A stretch of 64,000 nt of DNA from an uncultured bacterium (GTDB lineage: Bacteria; Krumholzibacteriota; Krumholzibacteriia; JACNKJ01): positions 1,760,001 to 1,824,000 of the forward strand of contig CAVOFT010000001.1 in assembly GCA_963695095.1 (NCBI GenBank), written 5' to 3'. Below the pieces are notes generated by a model. The model saw only the letters and a list, made by a program, of their open reading frames with translations, ran no database searches and had not been told where the DNA came from. Shown here in pieces: positions 41,539-50,771 of this stretch. A program made the translations under genes and the position numbers. Every line of letters begins with the position of its first letter. Position 1 is the stretch's first letter.

Positions 41539-43305
41539 ATGCACCGCATGTTCATGTCAATCAAGCGGATGGGCCTGGGCTCCCTCCTGGCGACCGCGAG
41601 CCTCCTCTGCGCGGCCCCGGGCCTGGCCGCGCCCAGCTTCGTCGGCGCCCCCGACTACCTGCGCGCCTTTTCCCCCAACGGCGACGGCAGCCGGGACAGC
41701 TGCCGCATCCAGTTCAGCGCGGAAGGCCAGAGCCTGCCGCTGGATCTGATCCAGCTCGGGATCTACGCCGACGCCGCCGTGCCGCCCGGGCCGGCCTCGC
41801 TGCTCGCCGCTCCGGCCCCCGACAGCGTGAACACCAGCGGCCTGCTCAGCCGCGCCTACTACACCTGGCACGGCCGAGGCGGCGACGATAGCGCGGGCCA
41901 GCCGCTCTTACCGGACGGCTTCTACTATCTCCATATCATGCTTCAAGAGGGTAGCGATCCCAATCAACGCGCCAATTTCCTTTGGCTCAATCCGCCGATC
42001 CAGCTCGAGCTGAACACCGCCGGGCCAAGCCTCGCTGCCCTCGCGCTGGAGCCCTCCTTCTATTTCACGCCCCTGCAGAGCGACGCGGACACGCTGCTGC
42101 AGCTGCTCTTCTACTCGACCGACTTCGACACGCTCACGGATGAGGCCCGGGCCACCGTCAGCCGGCAGGGCGAGGGCGGCCTGTGGACGCCGATCGCCCA
42201 GATCGAGCGGGATCCTCGCTACTTCAACCCGAACGACGGCCTCGGGGGCTTCCGGCTGCTCTGGAACGGGAGGGACGGCGAGGGCGCCATCGTCGACGGC
42301 AGCTACCGCCTCGCCCTGCGCGTCGACGACGACGCGGGCAATCCCGGCGCGGACGGCCTGCTCGCCTGCAACCTCGACGCCAAGGCGCCCGCGTTCACCC
42401 TGGTCGACTTCGGCGGGCCCGTCGAGGGCGGAGTCAACTTCACGCTGCAGTCGGATTCCCTGCCGGATTCCCTGGTGGTCAAGCTCACCGACCGCAACGG
42501 CGTTGCCAGCTGCGTGGGCGCGCTGGACAGCACGGCCGTCTTCGATCAGGTCGGCCGGCTGCTGCCCGAGTCCGTCGCCGGTGAGCACTACTACGCCTTC
42601 GACCTGCCGGCGGGCTGGGGCGGGGCCGGCGATCCGCTCAGCACGCACCATTTCTACCTCGACGGCGCCGATCTCGCAGGCAATCTGCGCAGCGACCTCA
42701 ACAGTCCGATCAACATCAGCATTACCCTGGACGATCTGGCGCCCCCCGTGCCGAGCCTGGATCCGATGCCCAGCGAGCACATCCAGCCGGTGGTCACCCT
42801 TCGCGGCAGCTGCAGCGAGTTCGCGGTGACCATCGAGCTCGCCGAGGACGGCGCCGTCCGGGCGAGCACGGTCACCGACATCAACGGGCGTTTCATGATG
42901 CCGGTCCCCTTGAACCCGGGCAGCCACGTCTGGACCGCTAGCAGCGTTGACGGCGCCGGCAACCGCTCGGCGCCGTCGACGGGACTCACCCTCGTCTACA
43001 GCCCGGGGCCGGCGCAGCGGATCCCCGGCAGGCTGCGCGGCGGCGGCGACGAACCCTTCCAGATCAACACCCACGCGCCGGCGCGGGCCGTCATCCTGCG
43101 CTTCTACAGCCTGGAGGGCGAACTGCTGCGCCGGCTCGATGCGCAGGGCGGTCCCCTCCAGTTCAGCGCGAACTGGGACCTCAAGGACGCCGGCGGGCGA
43201 GCGATCATGGACGGCCTGTGCGTGCTCACCCTCGAGATCGACTACCTCAGCGGCGAACGCGATCTCGAGCGAAAGGTGGTGGCCGTTGTCCGCGCCACGC
43301 ACTAG
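41539..43305 (+). CDS. Secreted multi-Ig protein with FlgD-like/gliding-motility-type domains and T9SS-like C terminus
   Basis: Signal peptide; AFSPNGDGSRD, WHGR...LPDGFY, WNGRD...DGSY, DxAGN Ig repeats, NWDLKDAGG...RKVVAVV. Confidence 0.7.
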   Translation: MHRMFMSIKRMGLGSLLATASLLCAAPGLAAPSFVGAPDYLRAFSPNGDGSRDSCRIQFSAEGQSLPLDLIQLGIYADAAVPPGPASLLAAPAPDSVNTSGLLSRAYYTWHGRGGDDSAGQPLLPDGFYYLHIMLQEGSDPNQRANFLWLNPPIQLELNTAGPSLAALALEPSFYFTPLQSDADTLLQLLFYSTDFDTLTDEARATVSRQGEGGLWTPIAQIERDPRYFNPNDGLGGFRLLWNGRDGEGAIVDGSYRLALRVDDDAGNPGADGLLACNLDAKAPAFTLVDFGGPVEGGVNFTLQSDSLPDSLVVKLTDRNGVASCVGALDSTAVFDQVGRLLPESVAGEHYYAFDLPAGWGGAGDPLSTHHFYLDGADLAGNLRSDLNSPINISITLDDLAPPVPSLDPMPSEHIQPVVTLRGSCSEFAVTIELAEDGAVRASTVTDINGRFMMPVPLNPGSHVWTASSVDGAGNRSAPSTGLTLVYSPGPAQRIPGRLRGGGDEPFQINTHAPARAVILRFYSLEGELLRRLDAQGGPLQFSANWDLKDAGGRAIMDGLCVLTLEIDYLSGERDLERKVVAVVRATH

Positions 43306-44230
43306 CCGAGCGGTCGGCGCCCTCCTGCTGGCCCTGGCCCTGCCCTCCTCGGCCGGCGCGGCCTCCCAGGGCGGCAGCTTCCGGCTCTGGCCGCACGCCG
43401 CTCGCGACCTGGCCATGGCCGAAGCCGCCACGCTCCTGGCGCCGGGCGCCGAAGCGCTCTTCAGCCAGCCGGCCTCGCTGGTCGGCATGGACGGCTGGGA
43501 GGCCGGGGCCAGCCTGCAGCGGCCCGCCGGCCTGCCGGGGCTCGCTCTCGGCTCCTTCGTCATCGGCGCCGGCAGCGGCCGGCGGCTGGCCGGCCCCGGG
43601 GAGCGGACGCCGACCAGCCGGCACGCCGCGGCGCTGGGCTACCAGCACCTGGGGGCGGAGCTGGCGGACGGCTCGGGCTGGGGCGAATGGACGGCGGCGC
43701 TGGGCCTGGCCTGGAGCCCGCAGCGCTGGCTCTCGCTGGGCGCGCGCGGGGACTACAGCCGCGGCGGCAGCGAGGACGGCGAGGATCGGGGCCGGGCCGT
43801 CGCCCTGAGTCTGGGCCTGCGGGCGGTCGTGCTCAATCCGGGCCTGGAGTTCGGCTGGCTGGCGGGAGACGTCCATCAGCGCTTTCACTGGGAGGCGACG
43901 CCGGAGGATCAGCGGCGGCGGGCGGGCAGCCAGGTCTTCGCCCTCGCCGCGCGGCTGCCCGGCCAGCTCAGCGCGGAGCTGCAGGGCCTCTGGCGCTACC
44001 GCAGCCTGGAGCGGGCGGCCCTCGGCATGGAGTGGCTGCCCTTGGGGCCGAGCTTCGCCCTGCGCGGGGGACTGCTGCTCCATCGCCGCATCGAGGAGAG
44101 CCTCAGCCCCGCCTTCGGCGCCGGCTTCGCCCGGGGCTCCCTGCGCATCGACTACGGCTTCCGCTTCGAGCGCGCCGAGGGGCCGGGCTCGCAGCACCGG
44201 CTTTCCCTGCGCTGGGTGGACGGGCGCTGA
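43286..44230 (+). CDS. PorV/PorQ-like outer-membrane beta-barrel
   Basis: TTG 43286 overlapping the upstream stop; signal peptide; ARDLAMAEA...EALFSQPASL (degenerate ARxxxMGxA...NPAGL), GAGF...RIDYGF...QHRLSLRW. Confidence 0.65.
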   Translation: MSAPRTSRAVGALLLALALPSSAGAASQGGSFRLWPHAARDLAMAEAATLLAPGAEALFSQPASLVGMDGWEAGASLQRPAGLPGLALGSFVIGAGSGRRLAGPGERTPTSRHAAALGYQHLGAELADGSGWGEWTAALGLAWSPQRWLSLGARGDYSRGGSEDGEDRGRAVALSLGLRAVVLNPGLEFGWLAGDVHQRFHWEATPEDQRRRAGSQVFALAARLPGQLSAELQGLWRYRSLERAALGMEWLPLGPSFALRGGLLLHRRIEESLSPAFGAGFARGSLRIDYGFRFERAEGPGSQHRLSLRWVDGR

Positions 44231-44811
44231 TGGCGGCGCGCCTCGCCCCGTGGGCCGCCGTTCTGCTCGCGGGCGGCTTCGCGCTGACGGGGAGCGGCCC
44301 GGCGGCAGCGAGCGCGGCCGCGCCGTCGGGCGCGGCGATCGAGGGCAGCTACCTCCTGGCGGGCGGCGGGGCCGCCTGGCTCTTCGAGCCCGGCCGCGGC
44401 TCGCGGAGTTTCGTGGCGGAGGCCCTCTTCCATCCCGATGCCGTGGGGCAGTTCTCGGCCCGCCTCGCCCGCCTGCGCCTGGGCCTCTGCCTGCGCTACA
44501 CTCGCAGCCTGGTGGTGGACCGGCTGGACAGCCAGGGCGCCGAAGTCGCCGTCCGCCGCGGGCTCGGGCGAGAGGGCCTGCGCCTGGCGCCCTTCGTGGA
44601 ACTGGGCCTGGGCCAGTACCGGGTGGATGACAGGCGCCAGGCCGGCGCCCGCTCGACCTGGAGCGCGGTCCTCGGCCTCGGGGCCGAGCGCTCGCTGGGC
44701 GGGCGCTGGCTCATTGCCGGAGCCGTCCAGCTGCGCAGCCTCGAGTTCGCCGAGGAGGGCCTCAGCCACGCGGGCTTCACTCTGACTCTTGGCGGAAGGA
44801 TCGATTCGTGA
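44230..44811 (+). CDS. Small outer-membrane beta-barrel protein (OmpA/OMP_b-brl-like)
   Basis: TGATG overlap; signal peptide; amphipathic strands (LAPFVELGLG, AVLGLGAE). Confidence 0.6.
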   Translation: MAARLAPWAAVLLAGGFALTGSGPAAASAAAPSGAAIEGSYLLAGGGAAWLFEPGRGSRSFVAEALFHPDAVGQFSARLARLRLGLCLRYTRSLVVDRLDSQGAEVAVRRGLGREGLRLAPFVELGLGQYRVDDRRQAGARSTWSAVLGLGAERSLGGRWLIAGAVQLRSLEFAEEGLSHAGFTLTLGGRIDS

Positions 44812-45608
44812 ACGCCTATCGACGGCGGCGTGACGGCCTGCCCTTCGGCGACAGTCCCTACCCCTGGACCCTGCGCCTGGTCGCGATCAACGTGCTGGTC
44901 TTCGTGCTCATGCTGCTCGCGATCCGGACGAGCTGGGGCATCGGCCTCTTCAACGAGCTGCTGCTCGTCCCCGGCCAGGTGCTGCGCGGCCACGTCTGGC
45001 AGCTCTTCACCTACATGTTCCTGCACAGCCCCAGCCTCGAGCGCTTCCTCTTCCTGCCGCTGCCGACGCACCTCGTCTTCAACATGCTCATCCTCTGGAT
45101 GATGGGCCGCGAGGTCGAGCTCAGCCTGGGTAGCGCCACCTTCCTGCGCCTCTACTTCCTCTGCGGCCTGGCGGCGGGCCTGTGCAGCCTCTTCATGGGC
45201 AGCCCGGTGCTCGGCGCCTCGGGGGCGGTGCTTGGCATCCTGGCGGTCTACGGCAGCCTCTTCCCCGATCGCATCATCCTGGCCTTCTTCTTCATTCCGA
45301 TGAAGGTGAAGTACTTCATCTGGGTGGTGGCGGCCATCGATCTGCTCGGGGCCATCCAGGGCGGGGGCAACATCGCCCACCTGGCCCATATCGGCGGCCT
45401 CTTCACCGGCATCCTCCTGATGCGCACCGGCTGGTATCGCCACCGCTGGCTGGACCTCGGCAGCTGGCAGCGCCGCCGGGCCCTGCACCAGCAGCGCGAT
45501 CGGCATCGCCGGGTGGATGAGATCCTCGAGAAGGTGAGCCGGGAGGGGATCCACTCCCTGTCGGCCCAGGAGCGGAGCTTCCTGGAGCAGGCGCGGCGCG
45601 AGCGCTGA
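44808..45608 (+). CDS. Rhomboid family intramembrane serine protease with C-terminal helical domain
   Basis: WQLFTYMFLH, HLVFNM, GASGA, AHLAHIGG; C-term VDEILEKVSREGIHSLSAQER. Confidence 0.92.
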   Translation: MNAYRRRRDGLPFGDSPYPWTLRLVAINVLVFVLMLLAIRTSWGIGLFNELLLVPGQVLRGHVWQLFTYMFLHSPSLERFLFLPLPTHLVFNMLILWMMGREVELSLGSATFLRLYFLCGLAAGLCSLFMGSPVLGASGAVLGILAVYGSLFPDRIILAFFFIPMKVKYFIWVVAAIDLLGAIQGGGNIAHLAHIGGLFTGILLMRTGWYRHRWLDLGSWQRRRALHQQRDRHRRVDEILEKVSREGIHSLSAQERSFLEQARRER

Positions 45609-45747
45609 GCCGGCGAGTCGGCGCGGCGGGACGACCCTGCCCGCAGCCGACGTGCCGTCGGCGGCAGGGCCGTCCCGCCTGCCTGGGCGGGGGCCCGGTG
45701 GATCCGGACCGGATGGGGGATCGCGACGGATCCCCGGTGGGGGAGGG

Positions 45748-46719
45748 CTAGCCCCGGCGCTGGCCGTCCTTTTTCAGTTGCTTCTCCAGTTGCTCCAGCC
45801 GCTCTTCGAGCCGCTCGAGCTTCTGCTCGAGATCGCCCCGTGCGCCCTCGAGGCGGCGGATGATGCGCTGGCGCTGCGGGCCCTCATCGGCGAAGCCCTT
45901 GAAGAAGACGTTCATGTCGGACTCGGGAATCGTGACCGTCGTGCTGCGGCGCTTGCCCTGGCGCAGGTAGGCCAGCTCGCCCGGGTCCTCGCCGGCCAGG
46001 GCACCGACGGCCTCGCGCAGATCATCGGCGTCGCTCACCGTGGCACCGCCGAGGCCGACGATGACGTCGCCCGGCTCCAGGCCGGCCTTGGCGGCAGGGC
46101 TCTCTTCGTTCACGTCCAGCACGAGGGCGCCGGACGTCGCGCCGGGGAAGTAGGCGGCCAGGGGGCCCTCCAGATCGCGCACCTCGACGCCGAGGCGGCC
46201 GCCGCCCTGGTCGCCGAAGGCGTGAATCCAGTTCAGATGCTCAGAGCCGAAGCGCAGGTCCCGGAGACCGCCCTCACCGAGCAGCTGCGCGCCCTCCCGC
46301 TCGCCGAGCGTGACCTCGTAGGTCTTGACCTTGCCGTCGCGCTCGGCCTTGAGCTTCACCGTATCGCCGGGCTTGTGGGCGCGGACCTTGGCGCTCAGGT
46401 CGGCGGCATCGGCGACCGCCTTGCCCGCGAACTCGACGACGATATCGCCCGCCTGCAAGCCCGCGGCGGCGGCCGGCGTGTCCGCGAAGACCGAGCGGAG
46501 GCGCACGCCCTTGCCGGCAGCGCCGCCCTCGTCCCCGTCATCGAGATCGCCGAGGGTGACGCCGAGATAGCCGCCCTGGCCGCGCGCGCTCAGATCGGCG
46601 CCCTCGTCGATGACGATCACCTGGCGACCGTCGTCCGTCGTCCAGTGCTGCTCGCCGCCGACGGCCAGGGCCGGCAGCGCAAGGAGGGCAGCAGTCGCCA
46701 TTGCAAGCCATCGCTTCAT
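45748..46719 (-). CDS. Secreted tandem-PDZ domain protein without protease domain
   Basis: Signal peptide; GYLGV...TPAAAAGLQAGDIV and RLGVEV...SPAAKAGLEPGDVI; C-terminal coiled coil. Confidence 0.85.
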   Translation of the reverse strand: MKRWLAMATAALLALPALAVGGEQHWTTDDGRQVIVIDEGADLSARGQGGYLGVTLGDLDDGDEGGAAGKGVRLRSVFADTPAAAAGLQAGDIVVEFAGKAVADAADLSAKVRAHKPGDTVKLKAERDGKVKTYEVTLGEREGAQLLGEGGLRDLRFGSEHLNWIHAFGDQGGGRLGVEVRDLEGPLAAYFPGATSGALVLDVNEESPAAKAGLEPGDVIVGLGGATVSDADDLREAVGALAGEDPGELAYLRQGKRRSTTVTIPESDMNVFFKGFADEGPQRQRIIRRLEGARGDLEQKLERLEERLEQLEKQLKKDGQRRG

Positions 46720-46801
46720 CGTCGAAACCTCCAGGCAGGGGGGGAGAACACAGGGGCGATCTACGGCAGCTTTGCCGGGGAGTTCCAGCGCGAACGCTGC
46801 G

Positions 46802-46830
46802 TTGACCGGGGGCGCCCGCTCCCGTATCCT
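46802..46830 (+). promoter_or_regulatory. sigma70-type promoter, dapF operon (near-leaderless)
   Basis: TTGACC-17 nt-TATCCT; ATG 46839 lies 8 nt downstream, no SD. Confidence 0.55.
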
Positions 46831-46838
46831 CCCGCGCC

Positions 46839-47714
46839 ATGGCAATCGCAGTTCATCGCATGAGCGCCGCCGGCAACGCCTTCTACCTCGCGATCGATCT
46901 CGAGCTCGAGGCCGCCGAGGTCGCGGCACTCGCGCGCCGCGTGAGCGCCGGGCAGGACCTCGCGCCCGAGGACGATGGCCCGCGCGCGGCCCCGAGCGAC
47001 GGCTTGATCCTCTGCACGCGGCGGCCCGGCGCGCCGCCCCGGCAGTCCATGTTCAATCCCGACGGCAGCAGCGGCCACTGCGCCAACGGCCTGCGCTGTC
47101 TCGCCTGGCTGCTCGATCGCGAGGGGCGCCTGCCGGCCGACGGCATCATCGAGACCGTGGATGGGCCGGTGGCGCTCCAAGTGACCGGGGATCAGGTGGG
47201 GGCGGCGCTGGGCCCTCTGCGCCGCCTCGACGGCTTCCCCGCCCCGGACGCGCTCTGTGCGATCGCTCTCGATGAGGAGACCCTCACCGGCTATGCCGCC
47301 TTCGTCGGCAATCCGCAGTTCGTCATCTTCGGCGACGCCGCCCTGCAGGCCCGCGTCGGGGAGCTGGGGCCGCGCCTGCAGGGACATCCGCGCTTCCCGG
47401 ATGGCGTCAACGTCGAGTTCGTGCAGGCGGGAGCGGGCGCCGAGGGCGCGGACTGGACGGTGCGGGTCTGGGAGCGCGGCGTCGGCGAGACGCCGGCCTG
47501 CGGGACGGGCGCCCTCGCGGTGGCCGCCGTGGGTCCGCAAGGCATCGCCCGCGGCGAGACGCGCAGGCTCGCCTATCCGGGCGGCGCGCTGAGCGTGCGG
47601 CGCGATGGGGCGGACCGCCTGCACCTGGCCGGTCCCGTCCGCTACGAAGGTCGCTACCGGCTGACGGCCCTGGCGACGAGCCGACCGAGCACGTGGGAAG
47701 GAGAGGCTCCGTGA
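46839..47714 (+). CDS. dapF: Diaminopimelate epimerase
   Basis: AAGNAF, FNPDGSSGHCANGLRC, VGNP, FPDGVNVEF, VWERGVGETPACGTGA. Confidence 0.9.
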   Translation: MAIAVHRMSAAGNAFYLAIDLELEAAEVAALARRVSAGQDLAPEDDGPRAAPSDGLILCTRRPGAPPRQSMFNPDGSSGHCANGLRCLAWLLDREGRLPADGIIETVDGPVALQVTGDQVGAALGPLRRLDGFPAPDALCAIALDEETLTGYAAFVGNPQFVIFGDAALQARVGELGPRLQGHPRFPDGVNVEFVQAGAGAEGADWTVRVWERGVGETPACGTGALAVAAVGPQGIARGETRRLAYPGGALSVRRDGADRLHLAGPVRYEGRYRLTALATSRPSTWEGEAP

Positions 47715-48640
47715 TCGAGCTGCAAGGCGTGACGAAGCGCTACGACAAGACCATTGCCGTGGACGGCATCGACTACCGTTTCCAGCCGGGCAAGCTGACG
47801 GGCTTCCTGGGCCCCAACGGGGCGGGCAAGTCCACGACGATCCGCATGATCATGAACATCATCGCACCGGACTCCGGGCGCATCACCGCGGGTGGCCTGC
47901 CGCTCAGCGAATCCTTCCGCAACCGGCTCGGCTACCTGCCCGAGGAACGCGGGCTCTACAAGAAGATGAAGGTGATCGACCATCTCACTTTCTTCGGCAC
48001 GCTCAAGGGACTCAAGCGCGGCGAGGCGAAGCGGCGCAGCCTGGCCTGGCTGGAGAAGCTGGGCCTGGCCGAGCGCGCCCAGAGCAAGGTGGAGGACCTC
48101 TCCAAGGGCATGCAGCAGAAGATCCAGTTCGCGGGCACCTTGCTCCACGAGCCGGAGCTGGTTCTCCTCGACGAGCCCTTCAGCGGCCTCGACCCGCTCA
48201 ACGTCGATGCCTTCAAGGAGGTGCTGCTCGGCCTCAAGGCCAAGGGCTGCACGCTGATCTTCTCCACCCACATGATGGAGCAGGCCGAGCAGCTCTGCGA
48301 CGAGATCGCCCTCATCGACAAGGGCCGGCTGGTGCTCGCGGGCACCCTGCCGGCGCTGCGGGCCTCCTTCGGCCGCAGCAACCTGCGCGTGCGCTTCGCG
48401 GGGGACGCCGCCATCCTGCGCGAGGATGCGCGCGTGGCCGACTACGGCGAGCCCGCGCCGGGCCTGGCCGAACTCCGGCTCGTCGATGCCGGGCTGGTCA
48501 GCGCGGTGCTGCGCGACTGGAGCGCCCGTCTGGAGATCGAGCACTTCGAGGTGATGGTGCCCAGTCTGCACAACATCTTCGTCCACACGGTGACGGCGGC
48601 CGGCGCGGCGCGGCAGGAGGGGGCGACGTGGACAAGGTGA
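47711..48640 (+). CDS. ABC-2 type exporter ATP-binding protein (NatA/YhaQ-like)
   Basis: GPNGAGKST, GYLPEERGLY, LSKGMQQK, LLDEPFSGLD, STH. Confidence 0.93.
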   Translation: MIELQGVTKRYDKTIAVDGIDYRFQPGKLTGFLGPNGAGKSTTIRMIMNIIAPDSGRITAGGLPLSESFRNRLGYLPEERGLYKKMKVIDHLTFFGTLKGLKRGEAKRRSLAWLEKLGLAERAQSKVEDLSKGMQQKIQFAGTLLHEPELVLLDEPFSGLDPLNVDAFKEVLLGLKAKGCTLIFSTHMMEQAEQLCDEIALIDKGRLVLAGTLPALRASFGRSNLRVRFAGDAAILREDARVADYGEPAPGLAELRLVDAGLVSAVLRDWSARLEIEHFEVMVPSLHNIFVHTVTAAGAARQEGATWTR

Positions 48641-49902
48641 TGGCGGTGCTCATCCGCGAATACCTGGAGCGGGTGAAGCGCAAATCCTTCGTGATCGGCC
48701 TCATCCTGGTGCCGCTCTTCATGAGCGCGGTCATCGTGCTGCCGCTCTGGCTCAGCTCGGTGGAGGAGGAGGCCGGCAGTCGGGGCCTCATCCTCGATGC
48801 CAGCGGGCTCGTCAAGGCCCCCCTGGAAGCGGCCATGACCGCCGATACCCTGAGCGGCGGGCGAGCCCGCTATCGCTTCCTCGACGCCGAGGTGGGCGAT
48901 GCGCCGTTTCTTGCCGCCAGCACGCCGGATTCGGCGCTCAATGCGCTGCTCAGCGAAGGGGCCATCGATTGGGTGCTGCGCGTGCCTGCCGATGTCCTCG
49001 AGCACGGCCGCTGCGAGTACCATGGGCGGGTGGTGAGCAACTTCACGCAGCTGGAGGGCATCCAGTCCCGGCTGACCGAGATCCTGCGCGGCGAGCGGCT
49101 GCGCCGGCTGGATCTCGATCCTGCCCTGCTGTCGGTCCTCACGGTGCGCGCCGATTTGCGCACCTTCCAGCACAAGGGCGAGGCCACCAGCGAGGCCGGC
49201 TTCGAGACGCTCTACTTCGGCACGCTCACCCTGGTGATGATCCTGTACATGACCATCCTCGTCTTCGGCACGATGATCCAGCGCAGCATCCTCGAGGACA
49301 AGAACCAGCACATCACGGAGATCGTGCTGTCGAGCATGAGCGCCACCCGCTTCTTCACGGGCAAGATCCTGGGCATCGGGGCGGTGGGTCTGACGCAGTA
49401 CCTCGCCTGGCTCCTGCTCGGGGGTCTCGCCGCCGCCTTCGGCCTGCTCAGCAGCGCGCACCTGGAGGCTTTGCCCGCCCTGCAGCCGGCCACCCTGGCC
49501 GCCTTCGTCAGCTTTTACGTGCTCGGCTTCCTGCTCTACGCCGGGCTCTTCGCGGCGGTGGGCGCCATGAGCACCACCGACCAGGAGGCGCAGCAGCTCA
49601 TGCAGCCGCTGGTGATGCTGCTCGTCGTGCCCCTGGTGATCATGATCTACATCTTCCAGAACCCGGACTCGCCGGTGTCGGTCGTGCTCAGCCTGATCCC
49701 GGTCTTCACGCCGCTGGTGATGTTCATGCGCATCAACATCAGCTCGCCGCCCCTCTGGCAGGTGGGGCTGGCCTACCTGCTGCTCGCGCTGTCGGTGGTG
49801 CTGGTCTTCGTCGTCTCGGCCCGCATCTTCCGGGTCGGCATCCTGATGACGGGCAAGAAGCTGAGCTTGGTGGAAGCCTGGCGCTGGGTGAGGCAGCCCT
49901 GA
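48628..49902 (+). CDS. ABC-2 type exporter permease (NatB/YhaP-like)
   Basis: REYLERVKRKSF, LEDKNQHITEIVLSS, GKILGIG, 6 TM. Confidence 0.9.
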   Translation: MDKVMAVLIREYLERVKRKSFVIGLILVPLFMSAVIVLPLWLSSVEEEAGSRGLILDASGLVKAPLEAAMTADTLSGGRARYRFLDAEVGDAPFLAASTPDSALNALLSEGAIDWVLRVPADVLEHGRCEYHGRVVSNFTQLEGIQSRLTEILRGERLRRLDLDPALLSVLTVRADLRTFQHKGEATSEAGFETLYFGTLTLVMILYMTILVFGTMIQRSILEDKNQHITEIVLSSMSATRFFTGKILGIGAVGLTQYLAWLLLGGLAAAFGLLSSAHLEALPALQPATLAAFVSFYVLGFLLYAGLFAAVGAMSTTDQEAQQLMQPLVMLLVVPLVIMIYIFQNPDSPVSVVLSLIPVFTPLVMFMRINISSPPLWQVGLAYLLLALSVVLVFVVSARIFRVGILMTGKKLSLVEAWRWVRQP

Positions 49903-50771
49903 CGACTAGCCCGGGCATCGGCGCGGCGGGCGAGGGGCCGGCAGACTACCGCATCGGTCTGCTGCAGTTCGCCCCGCGGCTGGGTTGCCGCGAGGAGAAC
50001 CTGGCGGCCATCGCCGCCGGGCTCGGCGAGGCCGAGGCAGAGCTCTTCGTCCTGCCCGAGCTGGCGACCAGCGGCTATGCCCTGCCCGGCCGGGAGGCGG
50101 CCCTCGCCCTCGCCGAGCGCCCGGAGGGCAGTCCCGGCCTGGCCGTCCTGCAGGAACTCGCCGAGCGCAAGCGTGCCGCCCTGGCCGTCGGTCTGCCGCT
50201 CGCCGAGGGCGAGCGCCTCTACAACGCCGCTGCGCTCCTGCGCCCCGGCCAAGCGCCCTCGTTCTATCGCAAGCTGCACCTCTTCGACCGCGAGCGGGAG
50301 CTCTTCGATCCCGGCGATCGCGCGCCGGCCCTGGTCGAGCACGGCGGCCTGCGCATCGGCCTCATGATCTGCTTCGACTGGGTCTTCCCCGAGTTGGCTC
50401 GCTGCCTCGCCCTGGCCGGTGCGGACCTGCTCGCGCACCCCGCCAACCTCGTGCTGCCCGGCCTGGCCCAGGCGGCGATGGTGACCCGGGCGATCGAGAA
50501 CGGCGTCTTCGCGGCAACAGCGAACCGCGTGGGGGAGGAGCGCTTCCCCGCCGCGCCGGAGCCGCTGCGCTTCACCGGCAGCAGCCAGCTCCTGGATCCC
50601 CGCGGTCGGGCCCTGCTCGCCCTGGATGCGACAGAGACGCGCTGCGCCGTGGCGGCCATCGCGCCGGCAGCGGCTCGCGACAAGCGCCTGACGACTCGCA
50701 ATCACCTCTTCGCCGACCGCCGGCCCGACTGCTACCCCGGTCTCCTGGACGAGCATGCCGGCCCGGCCTGA
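49899..50771 (+). CDS. Carbon-nitrogen hydrolase (nitrilase superfamily); probable CTG start
   Basis: Glu-Lys-Cys triad LPELATSGY, YRKLHLF, ICFDWVFPE; no in-frame ATG/GTG/TTG near the domain start; CTGA overlap after GAGG. Confidence 0.88.
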   Translation: MTTSPGIGAAGEGPADYRIGLLQFAPRLGCREENLAAIAAGLGEAEAELFVLPELATSGYALPGREAALALAERPEGSPGLAVLQELAERKRAALAVGLPLAEGERLYNAAALLRPGQAPSFYRKLHLFDRERELFDPGDRAPALVEHGGLRIGLMICFDWVFPELARCLALAGADLLAHPANLVLPGLAQAAMVTRAIENGVFAATANRVGEERFPAAPEPLRFTGSSQLLDPRGRALLALDATETRCAVAAIAPAAARDKRLTTRNHLFADRRPDCYPGLLDEHAGPA

